A stretch of DNA of 62,866 nucleotides, filler included, from Vannella sp. (lineage: Eukaryota): NCBI GenBank assembly GCA_023345925.1. It is 6 parts of 6 records of this genome, joined end to end, with 100 filler letters (N's around TTAATTAATTAA, not from the genome) between each part and the next. Parts side by side here need not be neighbours in the genome. Positions count along the whole stretch, not along the records: positions 30,316 to 45,748 come from JAJQQN010000573.1; positions 45,849 to 56,930 come from JAJQQN010000133.1; 4 more parts are not named here. One strand, given 5' to 3'. Made by a program: the position numbers and the translations under genes. This document shows positions 43,268 to 55,117 of this stretch, one piece after another. Positions within the stretch are counted from its first letter, which is position 1, and each line of letters opens with the position of its first letter. Under the pieces are notes generated by a model, which saw only the letters and a program-made list of their open reading frames with translations, did not search any database and had not been told where the DNA came from.

Positions 43268-45748
43268 TTAGACCCGATTGATATTGGCGGACACTTTCTG
43301 TCCCATAGCGCGGAAAGTGAGTTTGCGTTCGAGTAGTTTTTTGCGGAATCGTATCTCAATCAAGACAATGCTACACAATACGACACAGATAGCTCCCGCC
43401 ACGAATCCCATGGCCAGCCAAGATATGACGTAACTTGGGGAGAAAGACGCGCACGGATCATCATTTCCGCCTCCACCAGCCCCGTTTGCTCCCTGAAGTA
43501 GCAAAGCAAAGTTGGTCAAGTGGTCTGTAAAGTTAAATGTTAGATTCGGATCACTAGGCTCGCCTAAGTTCTATTGTCTTACCTGTAGAGCCGCACTTGG
43601 CTTGGTTTTTCCTCTTCAAACACTCATCTTCGCAGTGCCACTTGCCCTTGTCTTTACCCTCTTCCTTAAAGTAGCCGAGACATCCATCCCTCTGAGAGAT
43701 AGAGTGAGAGACGAGTTTTGGGGAAATAAACTAACCTCTTTGAACGAGCGCGTCTCATTAAGGCAAATGTCGATGTGCTCAGGGAGGTCTGTGACTGGTT
43801 CCCCTCGTGCATTGATCAAGTTAATGTCAACCACCACGGTTCCAAGGTCAGGAGGAGAACGTGGGTCTCCAGGAATGTTGGGGATTTGATTGGCAAAGGA
43901 AACGTCCAAGACATACCCGTTGTAACTTGGAGGGAAGTAAATTGTTCCCAGAATCTCGCCATCGAGACCAACGAGTACGATTTCAATGTACCTCGAGGAG
44001 TTGGATTCGAGCTGAGTTGTTAGGCTCCTTATTCTGCAATTTGAGCATTCCGATGAACTGAAAGGACCAAAAGGGAGATCTGGTGCTGGGACAACCGGGC
44101 GTGGTGATTTCTGAACTGAAGCAGCAGGCAGAGATGCAGAAGAAGTCGCAGTCGAAGTCGGTAGCGGGATCAGAACGAGTGAAGAGGTTCGACTTGCCGA
44201 TGGGAATGGAGTGGGGCAACTGCTCTCAATCTCGAAGGATGGAGAACTGCTCTCAATCTCAAGGGATTGAGAAATGCTCTCTGACACAAAGGATGGAGAA
44301 TCGCTAGGCGAGTTCGATGGGACAGGAGTCGTACTTGCTGTCTTTGTCAAAGAGATTGCAGATGTTCGGGAACGAGAAGGAGTTCCTATTACCTTCGAGG
44401 CTGAACGAGAGGCACTTCTACTACGAGCCGGCGTTCGAGAATCGGAAGGAGAAGCGGAAGAAGTTTCACTCAGAGATATTGTTGGAGAGTCCGAGGCACC
44501 AAATGACTTGGACGCGGTAGCAGAAGGCGTTATACTACCAGACGTAGAAATTGTACGAGTCACAGTTGGTGTTGTAGATATGGAGGCAGTTCTTGAACGA
44601 CTGACAGAGATTGAAAGGGTTTGAGAGTTGCTGATAGAGATGGTTTCCGAACTAGTGGCCGAAAGTGAAATAGTTGGGGTCTCCGAGGGTGTAGTTGAGG
44701 GTGACGCCAGGTAAGAGAGTGACGATGTTGCGGACCGTGTCGCTGTTCTACTTGGGGTTCTAGAGGGCGTGATAGAGCGAGTAGGTGTCCGAGAAATAGA
44801 ACTGGTGCGAGAGGGAGAACGAGTAGGAGTGACCGATGGTGTGGGCGACGCAGTTGACAGCGAAGGCGTTGCCACTGTCAGAGGAGAAGCAGAGGCGGGT
44901 ATAAAGGTCCTAGTAGGAGTTGGAGTTACTGATGAAGGCGAATTGGGATCACCCTTCAAAGCAATATTCAGGACCCTTCCCCAAGGCTCATTTTGCATAT
45001 ACGTGCTGCGGAATCCAGTTCCAATATCCAAAAACGTATTGGCAAGCGCAGAAATGTACCCTCCGTTGCTACCGTACCTTCGGTTCCACACGCCACAGAA
45101 AGAAGAGTCTGACGCGAAATAGTACGCGCAATAGTCGTTTCCGTTGTCCCTATCGGTGATGGAGTAGGGAAGTACAGTAGTAGTTGGTACCATTCCAGGC
45201 ACGGTATTGTAAGCGTTATAATACCTAGTAAAGCTCGTGTCGTTTGTCCGGTGGGCAATAAAGTCGAGTCCAAAGTTGAAGATAAGGTCCTTCTGCGTTC
45301 CGTAAGTGGTGTCAAAGTAGGGGTCCTTGTTGCCTGTGGCAGAGATAGCGTTTGGCTGCTCAAGATTGGTACCGAAGATATCATTCAAGAAAAGAGCAGA
45401 ACGCCTTCCAACCGCCACTACTCTCCCTCCTTGAGTATTCGTAAAGTTACGAATGGCACGAACCGTTCCAGGTGAGATGTCAACGTTGTAAGGTCCACCT
45501 CCGGAAAAGTTTGGATTGGAGATGACCAATCCATCCATCGAAGCCAGGAGGTTTGCGGTGAAAGACTCGCTCTCGTTGTTGTTGAGAAGGTAAACCGTGT
45601 GGTTCGAAAGCTCCAAGAATCGTTTGACGTTTGCAGTGCCTTCTGGATCAGTGGCTCCCAACAGTAGTGCGACCTTCAGAGGGGTTGTGACTTTGAGAGT
45701 GGGTACATCAAATATAGGAGCTTCCTGAGGAGCACCTCTCGGTTCCTG
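43268..45748 (-). CDS. 5'-truncated cell-surface protein: globular domain, Ser/Thr/Pro mucin stalk, GAIN/GPS-like domain and single TM
   Basis: Long S/T-rich tract. Spliced C-terminus CLGYF...KWHCEDECL...KCGSTDHLTNFALLL, then TM ISWLAMGFVAGAICVVLCSIVLI and a basic stop-transfer RFRKK. Confidence 0.8.
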
Positions 45749-45848
45749 NNNNNNNNNNNNNNNNNNNNNNNNNNNNNNNNNNNNNNNNNNNNTTAATTAA
45801 TTAANNNNNNNNNNNNNNNNNNNNNNNNNNNNNNNNNNNNNNNNNNNN
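45749..45848. other. Artificial contig linker
   Basis: N44-TTAATTAATTAA-N44. Confidence 0.98.
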
Positions 45849-45849
45849 T

Positions 45850-45965
45850 GAGAGAAGTCACGAGTGGTGAGGGCATTTCCCCTTGTTTGGGTCCTCAAAC
45901 ATCCAAAAAGTCAAAAAATGAAATCACTCCAAAAGCTCAAGTTGAAGAGATGGAGGTCATCAGGG
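45850..45965. repeat. Dispersed element copy 2, inverted relative to 30330-30445 and truncated by the contig start
   Basis: About 91% identity to the reverse complement of 30330-30445. Confidence 0.88.
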
Positions 45966-46123
45966 AAACCCGATTTCTACCCCCTGGCTCGTGGATTTTC
46001 TCGCTGTGGAGATGAGCTGAACGAATGAAACGCCCAAGAGCTAATCGAAGTCGCGTCTAATTAGCGCGAAATAGATGTGATTGGGAGAAGGAAAGTTTGT
46101 GCTAAAATCAGTCTTCTTTGGTC

Positions 46124-46870
46124 ATGTTGGCTCTGCGCGCCGCTCGCACCTCCGCCCGGTCCTGTTTTTTGCTTCCTCATGCAGCATTTACGGCACAGAA
46201 GAGGGCCCTGGTGTCTGGAAGAAGCCCTTCGGAGTTGTACGAAGAAACCCACGAGTTGGGAGAGGACGGATATCGCGCTCCTCGGGTGAACACAGCTTCC
46301 ATCCAACCCCGCAAGTTCCGTGAGTGCGACAACGAGATACTCTATGTGATGTCTGTGAACGGGGGCTTTGGAGCCCGCAAAGAGCGACTTGTCCGAGAGG
46401 TGATGCGCGTGGACAACATTGGTTGGGTTGAAGCCCGCACACGAGTGGATACGGAAATCAACACTGTCAATGACAGGGGCGCCTGGCTGGTCCGTGTACC
46501 GTACCAACTTGGTGTGACTGGTGGTCTGTTGGCCTCCGTATCTTCAGTCCCTTTGGTCTTCAACCGCGATGTTGCTGAATGGTTCAATGAGCAGTTCGTT
46601 CACGAGGATCTCCCTGAAGGCGGTATTGAAACTCTTGACACTATCTGGAAGGTGGGTAACTGGACCTGGGGCTGGATGGAACCCTACTTGGGAACAGCCT
46701 CTTTTGTGCTCCTCGGGCTCCAGTTCACCCGCATTAACATGCAACGCCTTCATTGGAAACCCTACACAGAGCGCATCCTCGAGTGGCGCGCCGACAGACT
46801 GGCCCGTTCCTTCCCCCAGTACAACGAGGACATCGTCAAGGAGTTCTCCGTTGCAGATCCTTGGCACTAA
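46124..46870 (+). CDS. Hypothetical, probably mitochondrial membrane protein
   Basis: Arg-rich presequence MLALRAARTSAR, two hydrophobic segments and a Trp-rich WKVGNWTWGWMEP; intronless ORF. Confidence 0.65.
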   Translation: MLALRAARTSARSCFLLPHAAFTAQKRALVSGRSPSELYEETHELGEDGYRAPRVNTASIQPRKFRECDNEILYVMSVNGGFGARKERLVREVMRVDNIGWVEARTRVDTEINTVNDRGAWLVRVPYQLGVTGGLLASVSSVPLVFNRDVAEWFNEQFVHEDLPEGGIETLDTIWKVGNWTWGWMEPYLGTASFVLLGLQFTRINMQRLHWKPYTERILEWRADRLARSFPQYNEDIVKEFSVADPWH

Positions 46871-46948
46871 GCCCACACCTGCTCCATCCACCGTCCACGT
46901 CTTGAGAGTTCAACAATGAATCTACATTATATACACCGCCAGCTCCCT

Positions 46949-48278
46949 TCAGTACTCGTTGGGGAGCTGCTTTGACGCCTTGTGAAGATGGGTCGCCCAC
47001 TCGTTCGCTTCCACTTCCGATTCGGCCATCAGTTCGAGAACTCGTCCTGGCACGCGCACTTCTAGTCGGTTGGTACCGCTGATGTTGACAACTGTCTGCA
47101 TGGAGTTGATATCTTCGCCCGCCCGTCACTTCTCGGTCAGCACAGGAGCAGAGAGTCTTACTCAAGGATCCTTGACAGACAAAGGTATCAGGGCACAGAT
47201 AGTACCTCAGAACCGCATGTCCGCTACTCACCACCTGGAGAGTGAAGAAGCGCCAGCGCCAGTTGTGAACGACTTGTCCTTTCTTGCGGAGCCAACCTTG
47301 CTTTCTCACTTGCGGCAAGAGATGATAGCGGTCAGGAGGGGATGATTCTATAAGCTCTGACCGCTCTTGTGAGTCTCTCAGGGCCCTTTGGTCGAACAGA
47401 TCCGCTTGCAAGTTCGCTTCTCGGACGGCACAGGCTATGAGGTGAACCCACTCAATGGCTTCGGATGTGCTATCCGACTCAAGTTGATATAAACGGTTCA
47501 TCGTGACTACGGAGAAGCGCGTGTCCACCTCTTCATCTCGAAGCACACCAACCACCTCTCTAAGCTCTACCAGCTGCATTAGAGAGCTCCAGTCAGATTT
47601 GAGAGACGAACCAATGACACCTCGAGGCTCTCCTGTGTCGTCCATGGTTGCATAGGTCAGAAGAGCGTCTGGATAGTTTGTCAGCAGGAATACGCGGCTC
47701 CTCCAGGCCTTGTGGATGTGTCCCTTCACGAGTGCAATGTAAGAACCATGGATTGGTCAACCCAAATAGAGGAAAGGAGGGGCTCACCATCTTGTTGAGG
47801 ATTCCGCGTTTGATGACTCCCTTCTGGATGATATCCGGGGTCTGGGAGATCAGAATGTTGGAGTTCTGTTCGCTTTCAGCTCTTTACGAAAGGTCAGGTT
47901 CGTTGGGAGCGTACCAGCGACATGATCCGAGACAACCAAGCCTGCAACTCTCCCATATTCGCTGCTTGGAGGGAATAGACCCGATGAGGTATCTGAATCT
48001 CGAATATGGGTGTTCGCAAAGGAGGGCATCGGTTACGAATGGCCACAATATCGGAGAGGACTGCCATAACGAAGGTGTGAGCGCCATGCCCCTCTTGATA
48101 TTCCCAAACACGCACGAATCTGACCCCGTTTCGTCGTACACGAGTCATCAACGTAGTATCTCAGTTCCTTCTGCGAGAGAACGAAGAAGCGAGTCTTCCA
48201 GTTCTTCACACAAAGACCCTTCTTCGTCAACCACCCGTTCCACAGCGGAGTCAACTTCTCATCTGGTTGGCCCGCCAT
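46949..48278 (-). CDS. Triple PH-domain protein; multi-exon
   Basis: GWLTKKGLCVKNWKTRFFVL, GVIKRGILNK.GHIHKAWRSRVFLL and GWLRKKGQVVHNWRWRFFTL, each with a terminal W helix. Confidence 0.85.
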
Positions 48279-48356
48279 AACAATAACAATAACAAATGAG
48301 TTCTTCTTTCTTGCACACTTCGCTTTGAGAGTCTCAGGGGCGAGTTTATGAGGCTC

Positions 48357-50915
48357 CTAAGGGGAGCGGCTGCGGCTTCGGCTGGACTGGCGAGGAGAGG
48401 CGAACGGCGATCGATGTTTGACAGGAGAAGGAGAACGCCTTTGATCGCGAACTGGTGGAGAAGGTCGGCGCTCTGCAACAGGGGATCGAGCTTCTCTCCT
48501 GCGAGGAGACCTTGGTGGGGAAGGGCGCCGACGAGGAGGCGATCGGTTTCGAGGAGAGAAAGCCCTTCCTCGAGGAGGCGAACGATTGCGGGAGTTCCCT
48601 CGCCTGTATGGTGACCGAGATCGGGGGCGAGCAGGAACCCGTCGGGGAGAGCGACGAGGGGACGGGTATCTTCCTCCCCGTCTCGGGGAAGGGGAGCGGC
48701 GTTCTCTCCTCCTGACAGGAGAGAGGGAAGGGGATCTCCGACGAGCGACAGGTGATCTTTGCCGCCTAACTGGAGACGGAGATCGCCGAGGTGGAGACCT
48801 GCGAGAGGATGAACGCCGAATGACAGGCGATCTCTCACGTCGGACTGGAGAAGGGGATCTCCGAGGAGGAGATCGGCGGGGAGGGGATCTCCGAGGAGGA
48901 GAGCGCCGAGGAGGTGATGATCGGCGAATGACAGGAGACCTTTGCCCTCGGCGGACAGGAGAAAGAGATCGGCGAGCGGGAACGCTTTCACGGGGAGGCG
49001 GAGAGGGTGAGAAGCGCTTCCGTTCTCTCCCAGAAGGAGAGAATCGGCGGATGGGCGGAGAAGGTGCGCGTGTTGGAGGAGGACTTCGCCCACGAGGAGG
49101 TGGAGCTTCTTCAGAGTCTGAAGAAGAGTCATCCGAGGAGTCTGAAGAATCGTCTGAGGAAGAAGACTCCTCCGAAGAGGAACTGGAGTCATCAGAGGAA
49201 GAACTCTCCATTGCGGCTTGCAGCATCGCCCGCTTCGGCAAGGCGGAGAGATGTTGTCTGAGTCCGTCTGTCAGGCCACCCAAGCCAATGGAGGTGAAGA
49301 AGTTGATAGCAAAGCGAGTGTCCTTTGGCGAATCCCGAGGGAAGACACCAGTCAGGTGAGGCGCCAGAAGGGGATCCAGCAAGAGCTCGTTCAGCTTTGC
49401 GAGGCCCAAGTACTCGACGAGCTCTTGGAAGAGGATCTTGACAAAGATGCGACTCGAGGCGTTCGTATCCTCTTCATTCAGCCGGATGTGCTGCAGCACA
49501 CTCCAGTGGAGGGCGTGGGAATGCAGCAAATGGGCGAAGAACTTGCCCAGGTTGCGGAGGGCATTCGTCTCGAGCCGGTACACTTTGGAGAACTGCTCAA
49601 CAAAGCATTGGTGAAAGAGATCCTGGTAGAGTCTTTCGATCATGCACAATCGTTGAGCAAGAAGGGCCGCAAACCGGAGGAAAGTGCGAGCTTGCAAGCA
49701 GCACTCGATGATCATATTGGCCACTTCAAGCTCCTGCCCAGGCTCGATGTTCATCCGCATGACCTTGTGAGCGCACTCTTCAAAGTCGAGGGAGGACATG
49801 ATCACCAGGTAGATTTGTCTTCGGAGGGCCAATACCACGCTCTCTGTCATATCCTCCACTTTCTGCGTGGTATTGACAACGCGGCCTGCGCCACCAGCTG
49901 CTGTTTCATTGTCACTCTCGTTCTCCTCGCCACTCTCTTCGCTTCCGCCATCCTCGTCTTCCTCGTAGTCGCTAAGATCAGCCAGTATGGCCTTCTTCAT
50001 GGCTTGATAGCGCTCTTCATGTGCTAGGAACTGAGAGTCCTCGTGGAAGAAGTTAAGGCCCTCCTCAGCCTCCAACTCGGCATCCAAAGTAACGTCTTCG
50101 TGGGTGATCTGATCGTCTGCATCGATCAGATCCAGCTGTTCAATGACTCCCGGGAACTCAGCGAACTGGCTCTTGCGAACAGCAAAGACGTGTTCAATGA
50201 TGTACTGGACGCGCTTGCTGATGGTTCCCTCATGGAGGATGGCGCGGAACCGTTCGAAGACACCGTTGAACCCTTCAGGCGAGAGGGACTGAAGGACGTA
50301 ACCGCATTCTGTTGTAAACTCGCACGCCACCTCAACGCTGTCGTCAGTGGGTCTTTCGAGGAGAAGGGAAAGGATTTGTAAGGCAACAATCTCCCCAGCC
50401 ACTTGTTGGTTGAGCAGATGTGCCAGGAAGCGTGTGGAGGCTAGTAAGGTGATCTTGTCGTTTCGTTGGAAGGCTTTGCGGAATTGGATGACCAAACGGG
50501 ACACCAGTAGCTCGCCGATGTTGGGCATTTTCGCGTTCACCACGGCCACTAGCGCAGCGTATACTTGCGTAAACTTTGGGGAAGCTGTTTGTGCTTTGAC
50601 GAGGGACCTGCATAACAGACCGCGGCCTCGAACAAGGTTTTCTTGAAAGAGTTCGGGAACGATGTTGGAAAGGTTCGAAACGTTCACCTTATTGATAAGC
50701 CCGTTGATCGACTTTCGTAGTGCATCCCATGTCATGCGTTGATACTCCTTCGAGCTCTTATCGAGGTTCTGCGCCGCCATCTGCCTGAGGCGATGCGGCG
50801 GCACGTAGACGCCCCCCGCTTTCGTTGTCTTATCATCTCTCTTCACACGTTTGGTCAAAGGTGCCTCTTCATTCTCCACTCCCAAAGCGCTCTCATAATT
50901 GCGCTTCTCCGACAT
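48357..50915 (-). CDS. CWC22: Pre-mRNA splicing factor Cwc22 (MIF4G + MA3) with RS/RSP-rich tail
   Basis: GGVYVPP, YQRMTWDALRKSINGLINKVN, ENLVRGRGL, IYLVIMSSLDFEECAHK and RFAINFFTSIGLGGLT. Confidence 0.97.
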   Translation of the reverse strand: MSEKRNYESALGVENEEAPLTKRVKRDDKTTKAGGVYVPPHRLRQMAAQNLDKSSKEYQRMTWDALRKSINGLINKVNVSNLSNIVPELFQENLVRGRGLLCRSLVKAQTASPKFTQVYAALVAVVNAKMPNIGELLVSRLVIQFRKAFQRNDKITLLASTRFLAHLLNQQVAGEIVALQILSLLLERPTDDSVEVACEFTTECGYVLQSLSPEGFNGVFERFRAILHEGTISKRVQYIIEHVFAVRKSQFAEFPGVIEQLDLIDADDQITHEDVTLDAELEAEEGLNFFHEDSQFLAHEERYQAMKKAILADLSDYEEDEDGGSEESGEENESDNETAAGGAGRVVNTTQKVEDMTESVVLALRRQIYLVIMSSLDFEECAHKVMRMNIEPGQELEVANMIIECCLQARTFLRFAALLAQRLCMIERLYQDLFHQCFVEQFSKVYRLETNALRNLGKFFAHLLHSHALHWSVLQHIRLNEEDTNASSRIFVKILFQELVEYLGLAKLNELLLDPLLAPHLTGVFPRDSPKDTRFAINFFTSIGLGGLTDGLRQHLSALPKRAMLQAAMESSSSDDSSSSSEESSSSDDSSDSSDDSSSDSEEAPPPRGRSPPPTRAPSPPIRRFSPSGRERKRFSPSPPPRESVPARRSLSPVRRGQRSPVIRRSSPPRRSPPRRSPPRRSPPRRSPSPVRRERSPVIRRSSSRRSPPRRSPSPVRRQRSPVARRRSPSLSPVRRRERRSPSPRRGGRYPSPRRSPRRVPARPRSRSPYRRGNSRNRSPPRGRAFSPRNRSPPRRRPSPPRSPRRREARSPVAERRPSPPVRDQRRSPSPVKHRSPFASPRQSSRSRSRSP

Positions 50916-51190
50916 AACAGCCCCGCCACGAGCCAACCAAATAAATGACCCAGTTATTCCCCTTCGACGCGATATGACATAGATGCAGAAATTCGAGAAT
51001 TTAGGAAGTGTAATAGATAGGTTGGAATACATCAAGTAAGTGATGTCCTCACTTCTCGTTTCGGGGTTGGCTTGCGCCGCCGACTTGCTTCGGCGTTTGT
51101 AGTGGGCTGGACCTCTTGCTACCCTCTCAATCCTTCACACTTCATCCCACGGAGGTCCTGGAGGGTTTTTTGAGGCACTCCCCTCCATCT

Positions 51191-52309
51191 ATGGGGAATC
51201 GAACGTCTTGTCGCTCCAACAAGCCTCGTACCAATCCCACTACCGCTACCCCCATGGCGACTCCTTCTGTACCGTGGATGGTGCATGGTAGAGATCTGGA
51301 GAACCTCTTGCATGAGTCACTTTCCTTGGAGCAACGATGGCGCACCTTTGTAACGGAAGACATCACTTGCCCTCTTCAGTTGGAGCCGCACTGCCCTTCG
51401 GCCGATCGTTACACCTCACGATTCGTCTATTCGCATAGTAAGGTCAAGCTCAGTGGAGGGCGCTATATCAACGCCAACTACGTCCTCCAAAAGAAGTACA
51501 TCGCCAGCCAAGCGCCCTTGTCAGAGACGATGGCGCCCTTCTGGGAGATGGTCGTTTCTCAACGAGTGACTGTGATCGTTATGCTTACACGACTCGTAGA
51601 AGGGTCCTACACTAAAGCCCTCCGCTATTGGCCCACCACAAACCATCCCATCAAGATGTTCGACGACAAAGAGTATGATGTAGGTGAATGGACTCCTCGC
51701 GTGGCTCTCCCCTCATCTTTTTGATAGGTAGAGGATGAATGGCAGGCGGAGCTGTTAGATAAGACTGTGCCCGACGATAACATCATCCGAAGGGACCTGC
51801 AGTTGACCCACTTGGAGACCAACGAAGAGTACCGCGTCTCTCAACTCCAATACGTGGGCTGGCCTGATCACGGGTGCCCTTCAGAGATCCCAGAGGTGAT
51901 TGCTCTACTGGCTGCTGTTGAGGAGCTCGCAAGACACTCCCAAGGCCCCATTTTGGTCCACTGCAGCGCGGGAATCGGTCGAACGGGGACATTCATTGCT
52001 ATTCGCCACGAGTTCCTTCGTGCTGTGCATGCCTTTCAAGGCCAGAGCAACTACGCATCTCTTTGTGACCAATTGGACCCGTCCGAACAAGTGGCCTCCA
52101 TCAAAGCTTTCCTGAAAGACCACGAGTTCGGCGTGGACGGCGTCATTCGGGATCTCCGACGAGACCGGAAGATGATGGTCCAGAAAGAGGAACAGATGCT
52201 CTTCTGTTACGAGTTCTTCCACTTCTTGGTGGAGGACGAACGCGCCGAGTATCTCACAGAAGAGTTCCTCTTGCCACTGTTCTTCCCAACCCCAGTCTCA
52301 GCAGAGTAA
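51191..52309 (+). CDS. Classical protein tyrosine phosphatase, possibly N-myristoylated; one intron
   Basis: YINANY, YIASQAP, FWEMV, WPDHG, VHCSAGIGRTG and MVQ; start MGNRTSC. Confidence 0.93.
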
Positions 52310-52372
52310 GCCATTAGGCAAAGGTGTACAATAAGAGGCTAAATGTCTTATTTTAAGTTCAACCAGCTCCAC

Positions 52373-55000
52373 TTACGGACCCATTCCGTACATGCGACGA
52401 CGGGTGCGGTCATACGCCCGTTCTCGATAAGTATTGGGATATTCTGCGAATACGCGCGCCACATTCGAGAAGTGCACCTCTTTGGTGACCCCTCGGAGGT
52501 CGGCATCGGTAAAGCGGGTGACTGTCAGGAAGAGTTTGGGAAGATTATGGAGAAGTTCGCTCATCGGGTCGTCAGGGAAGCAAGTGCATTGTTGCAGGTT
52601 GAGATCCTCCAGCTGTAGACAGGAGAGCCCAATGGCATCGAGAGAGGTGGCTGTCAAGTTATTGATATTACTGAGGCAGAGAGAAAGCAAGTTGGGGCAC
52701 GATTCGGTGATGCGGCGGATGGCAAAGTCATTCAACTGGATGCAATCTGCTAGATTAAGACTATGCAATAAGGGGAAATAGACTGTTTCGGGGAAGCACG
52801 CGCCAGTGAGAATGAGGCAGCTGCAGAGACTGAGACTCTTGAGATTTCCACAAGCTTGTAAAAGTGTCTTAATGCCGTGGTCTGACACTGAAAGGCGATT
52901 GAAGCGGTTCCAAAAATCTAGTGTCAAGCTATCGAGGTTGCAGTTACGAGCTATCTGAGTTAAAGAAGCATCCGTTACTCCGTCCCCGTAACGGAATTTC
53001 AAAGTTCTGAGTTGGTTACAGCTCTGGACAACACTGGATAAGCTTTGGTCCGTCATAGAAAGCCCATCAAGTAGAAGAGTAGTGAATTGGGTGCACCCTC
53101 GCGCAATCTCCACCAAAACAGAGTCCATTTCGAATTGGTGATTGATCAGTTCGAGGTGGACCAGGCGCGGGCAGCTTTGAAGGAGAAGGACAAAGTCAGA
53201 ACTCACAATCTTGAAAGTGGCCAACAAAGGACTCATCACTAAAGCTTCTAACGGCTCTCCCACCTTGTAGAGATACCGGAATCCACTCCGTCCAAGTTCG
53301 CATTCGGAGAGATCAAGTTTCTTGAGGAGGAGTCTCTTCTTACCAGTGAAGGGTTTGAACGCAGCGCCCTTGATTTTGCGGCATCCAGCCAGATTCAGAG
53401 AAGCAAGATTTGTACATCCACGAAGGAGATATTCTAAGCCTTTGTCCGTCAGCTTGTCATCTCTGATTGTGACCGAAGTCAGGGCAAGAGGACAAAGCTC
53501 TGATATTGACTTGTATCCTTTAACCGTCAACAATCGGTGAGAGGAGAAGGCGAGCTCTTGAAGGAACTCCCCGTATTTGGAGAGGAGCTCTTTCAGTTCT
53601 AGGTCACTAACAGCCCCCAAGCGCAAGTTTGTTAAAGAAGGACACTTAAAAACGAGTCTCTGGAAGCATTCCTCATTCATCGCGCACCGTTCAAGGTCCA
53701 GTTCCGTCATTGCGGAGTGCAAAATTCTCTCCAATTGAGAAGCCTTCCAGTCCCCTTCATTGCACCGGATAAGAAACTGAATGAGCCTTTTCTGTGCAGG
53801 AGGAGACAGCCGAATGGAAGGGTATGAATCCACGTGGCTGGCCACTTGAAGAAAAGCCAAATCTGCGAGCTTTGGAATCCCCCTCGGCCTTCGAGGACCA
53901 ACGACGCGCTCCCGCTCCCAGTCAAATGGCGTGTTTTCGTCTCCCCCTAAGCGCTGGAACAGGTCGTTCAAGGTCTTGTGGAGGAAGGCGTAGTTAGGGC
54001 GGTCCAAATAGCGGAGGGTCAGTAAGTGCTCCATGAAGACATTGAACTCCTGGGGCAGTTCAGAGACCAACTCTTGGTTGTTCATCTTCATCTTAAGCTC
54101 TCCCACTTCATCCTTATCCTTGGTACGGCGCCAAGGCAGCTTTCCTTTGGCAAACTCAATCAAAACGTACAGGAGGGACCAAAGATCATCCCTTCGTGAC
54201 AGGTCCTTGTTCTGGTGCGAGTTGATTGAGGCGTAACGCGCAGTGCCCCGGAATCCTGTTTGCCCCCGCGGCTGGATCAAACGCGGGTAAGACTCCCTTT
54301 GCAACAGGGAATGCGAGGCTGCCTACCGGTCGCACTTCGCCATTGGGCATCACAAAGCGTCTAGATAGTCCAAAGTCAATGAGAAAGCAACTGTGACGCT
54401 TGGCAGGGGACAGTCCCATCGCGTAGTTGGAAGGTTTGACATCCCGATGGAGATAGCCGAGATCGTGGACGGCCTCGATGGCTCGAAGCATTTGTATACC
54501 AAGCTTCAAGGTTGTGAGCATAGAGAACTTGCCCTAGTTCCCGTCCTGGTCAGTTTGTAAAGGGAGAAAGAGCTCTTTCCCACATTAGGTTGGCTTCTTC
54601 GCAGTTCGGAGATGTTATCACCAAGCAGTTCCATAACCATATAGTTGTATTCGTTGTGCCGCCCACACGTGATGAAGGAGACTGCGTAAGGGCAGTTGGA
54701 GGCTGAAAAGGATCAGAAACAGACGGACAGGAGAGAGGGCACTCACTCTGAAGCTTCTTCAAGACAGCCACTTCCAACTTCAGCACTTGCTTGTTACTAT
54801 CCACCCGCTCCACCTTAATAGCAACGAGCTCTGAGGTCACAACGTTGCGGGCGGAGTAAACCTCCCCTGTAGCACAGTGCATCAGCAACAGCAAGCCACC
54901 CCAGACACACCCTACCAAAAGCACCCTGTCCAATCTTCTTCAAGATCTTCCAACGCCCCTTGATAAGGTTCCCAGGGCCAGTCAGCGGCGCCCCGTTCAT
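52373..55000 (-). CDS. TTBK: Tau-tubulin kinase (CK1 group) fused to a BC-box-like motif and Cys-containing LRRs; multi-exon
   Basis: KKIGQGAFG, VLKLEVAVLKKLQ, LHRDVKPSN, IDFGLSR, FRGTARYAS and SRRDDLWS. LRRs such as CTNLASLNLAGCRKI and CPNLLSLCLSNINNLT. Confidence 0.9.
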
Positions 55001-55020
55001 GACCACTCCAGGCCCCCTTT

Positions 55021-55073
55021 AAATGACCCCAATAACTCCTTCATAGCCCCCAATCTAAATCTCCGAGTCATTT
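55021..55073. promoter_or_regulatory. Putative bidirectional core promoter (TTBK / RhoGAP)
   Basis: TCATTT on minus (55021-55026) and on plus (55068-55073). Confidence 0.6.
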
Positions 55074-55117
55074 CGATGTTGGTCGTCATTGTGGCATTCT
55101 TTGGTGGCCTCGCGAGG

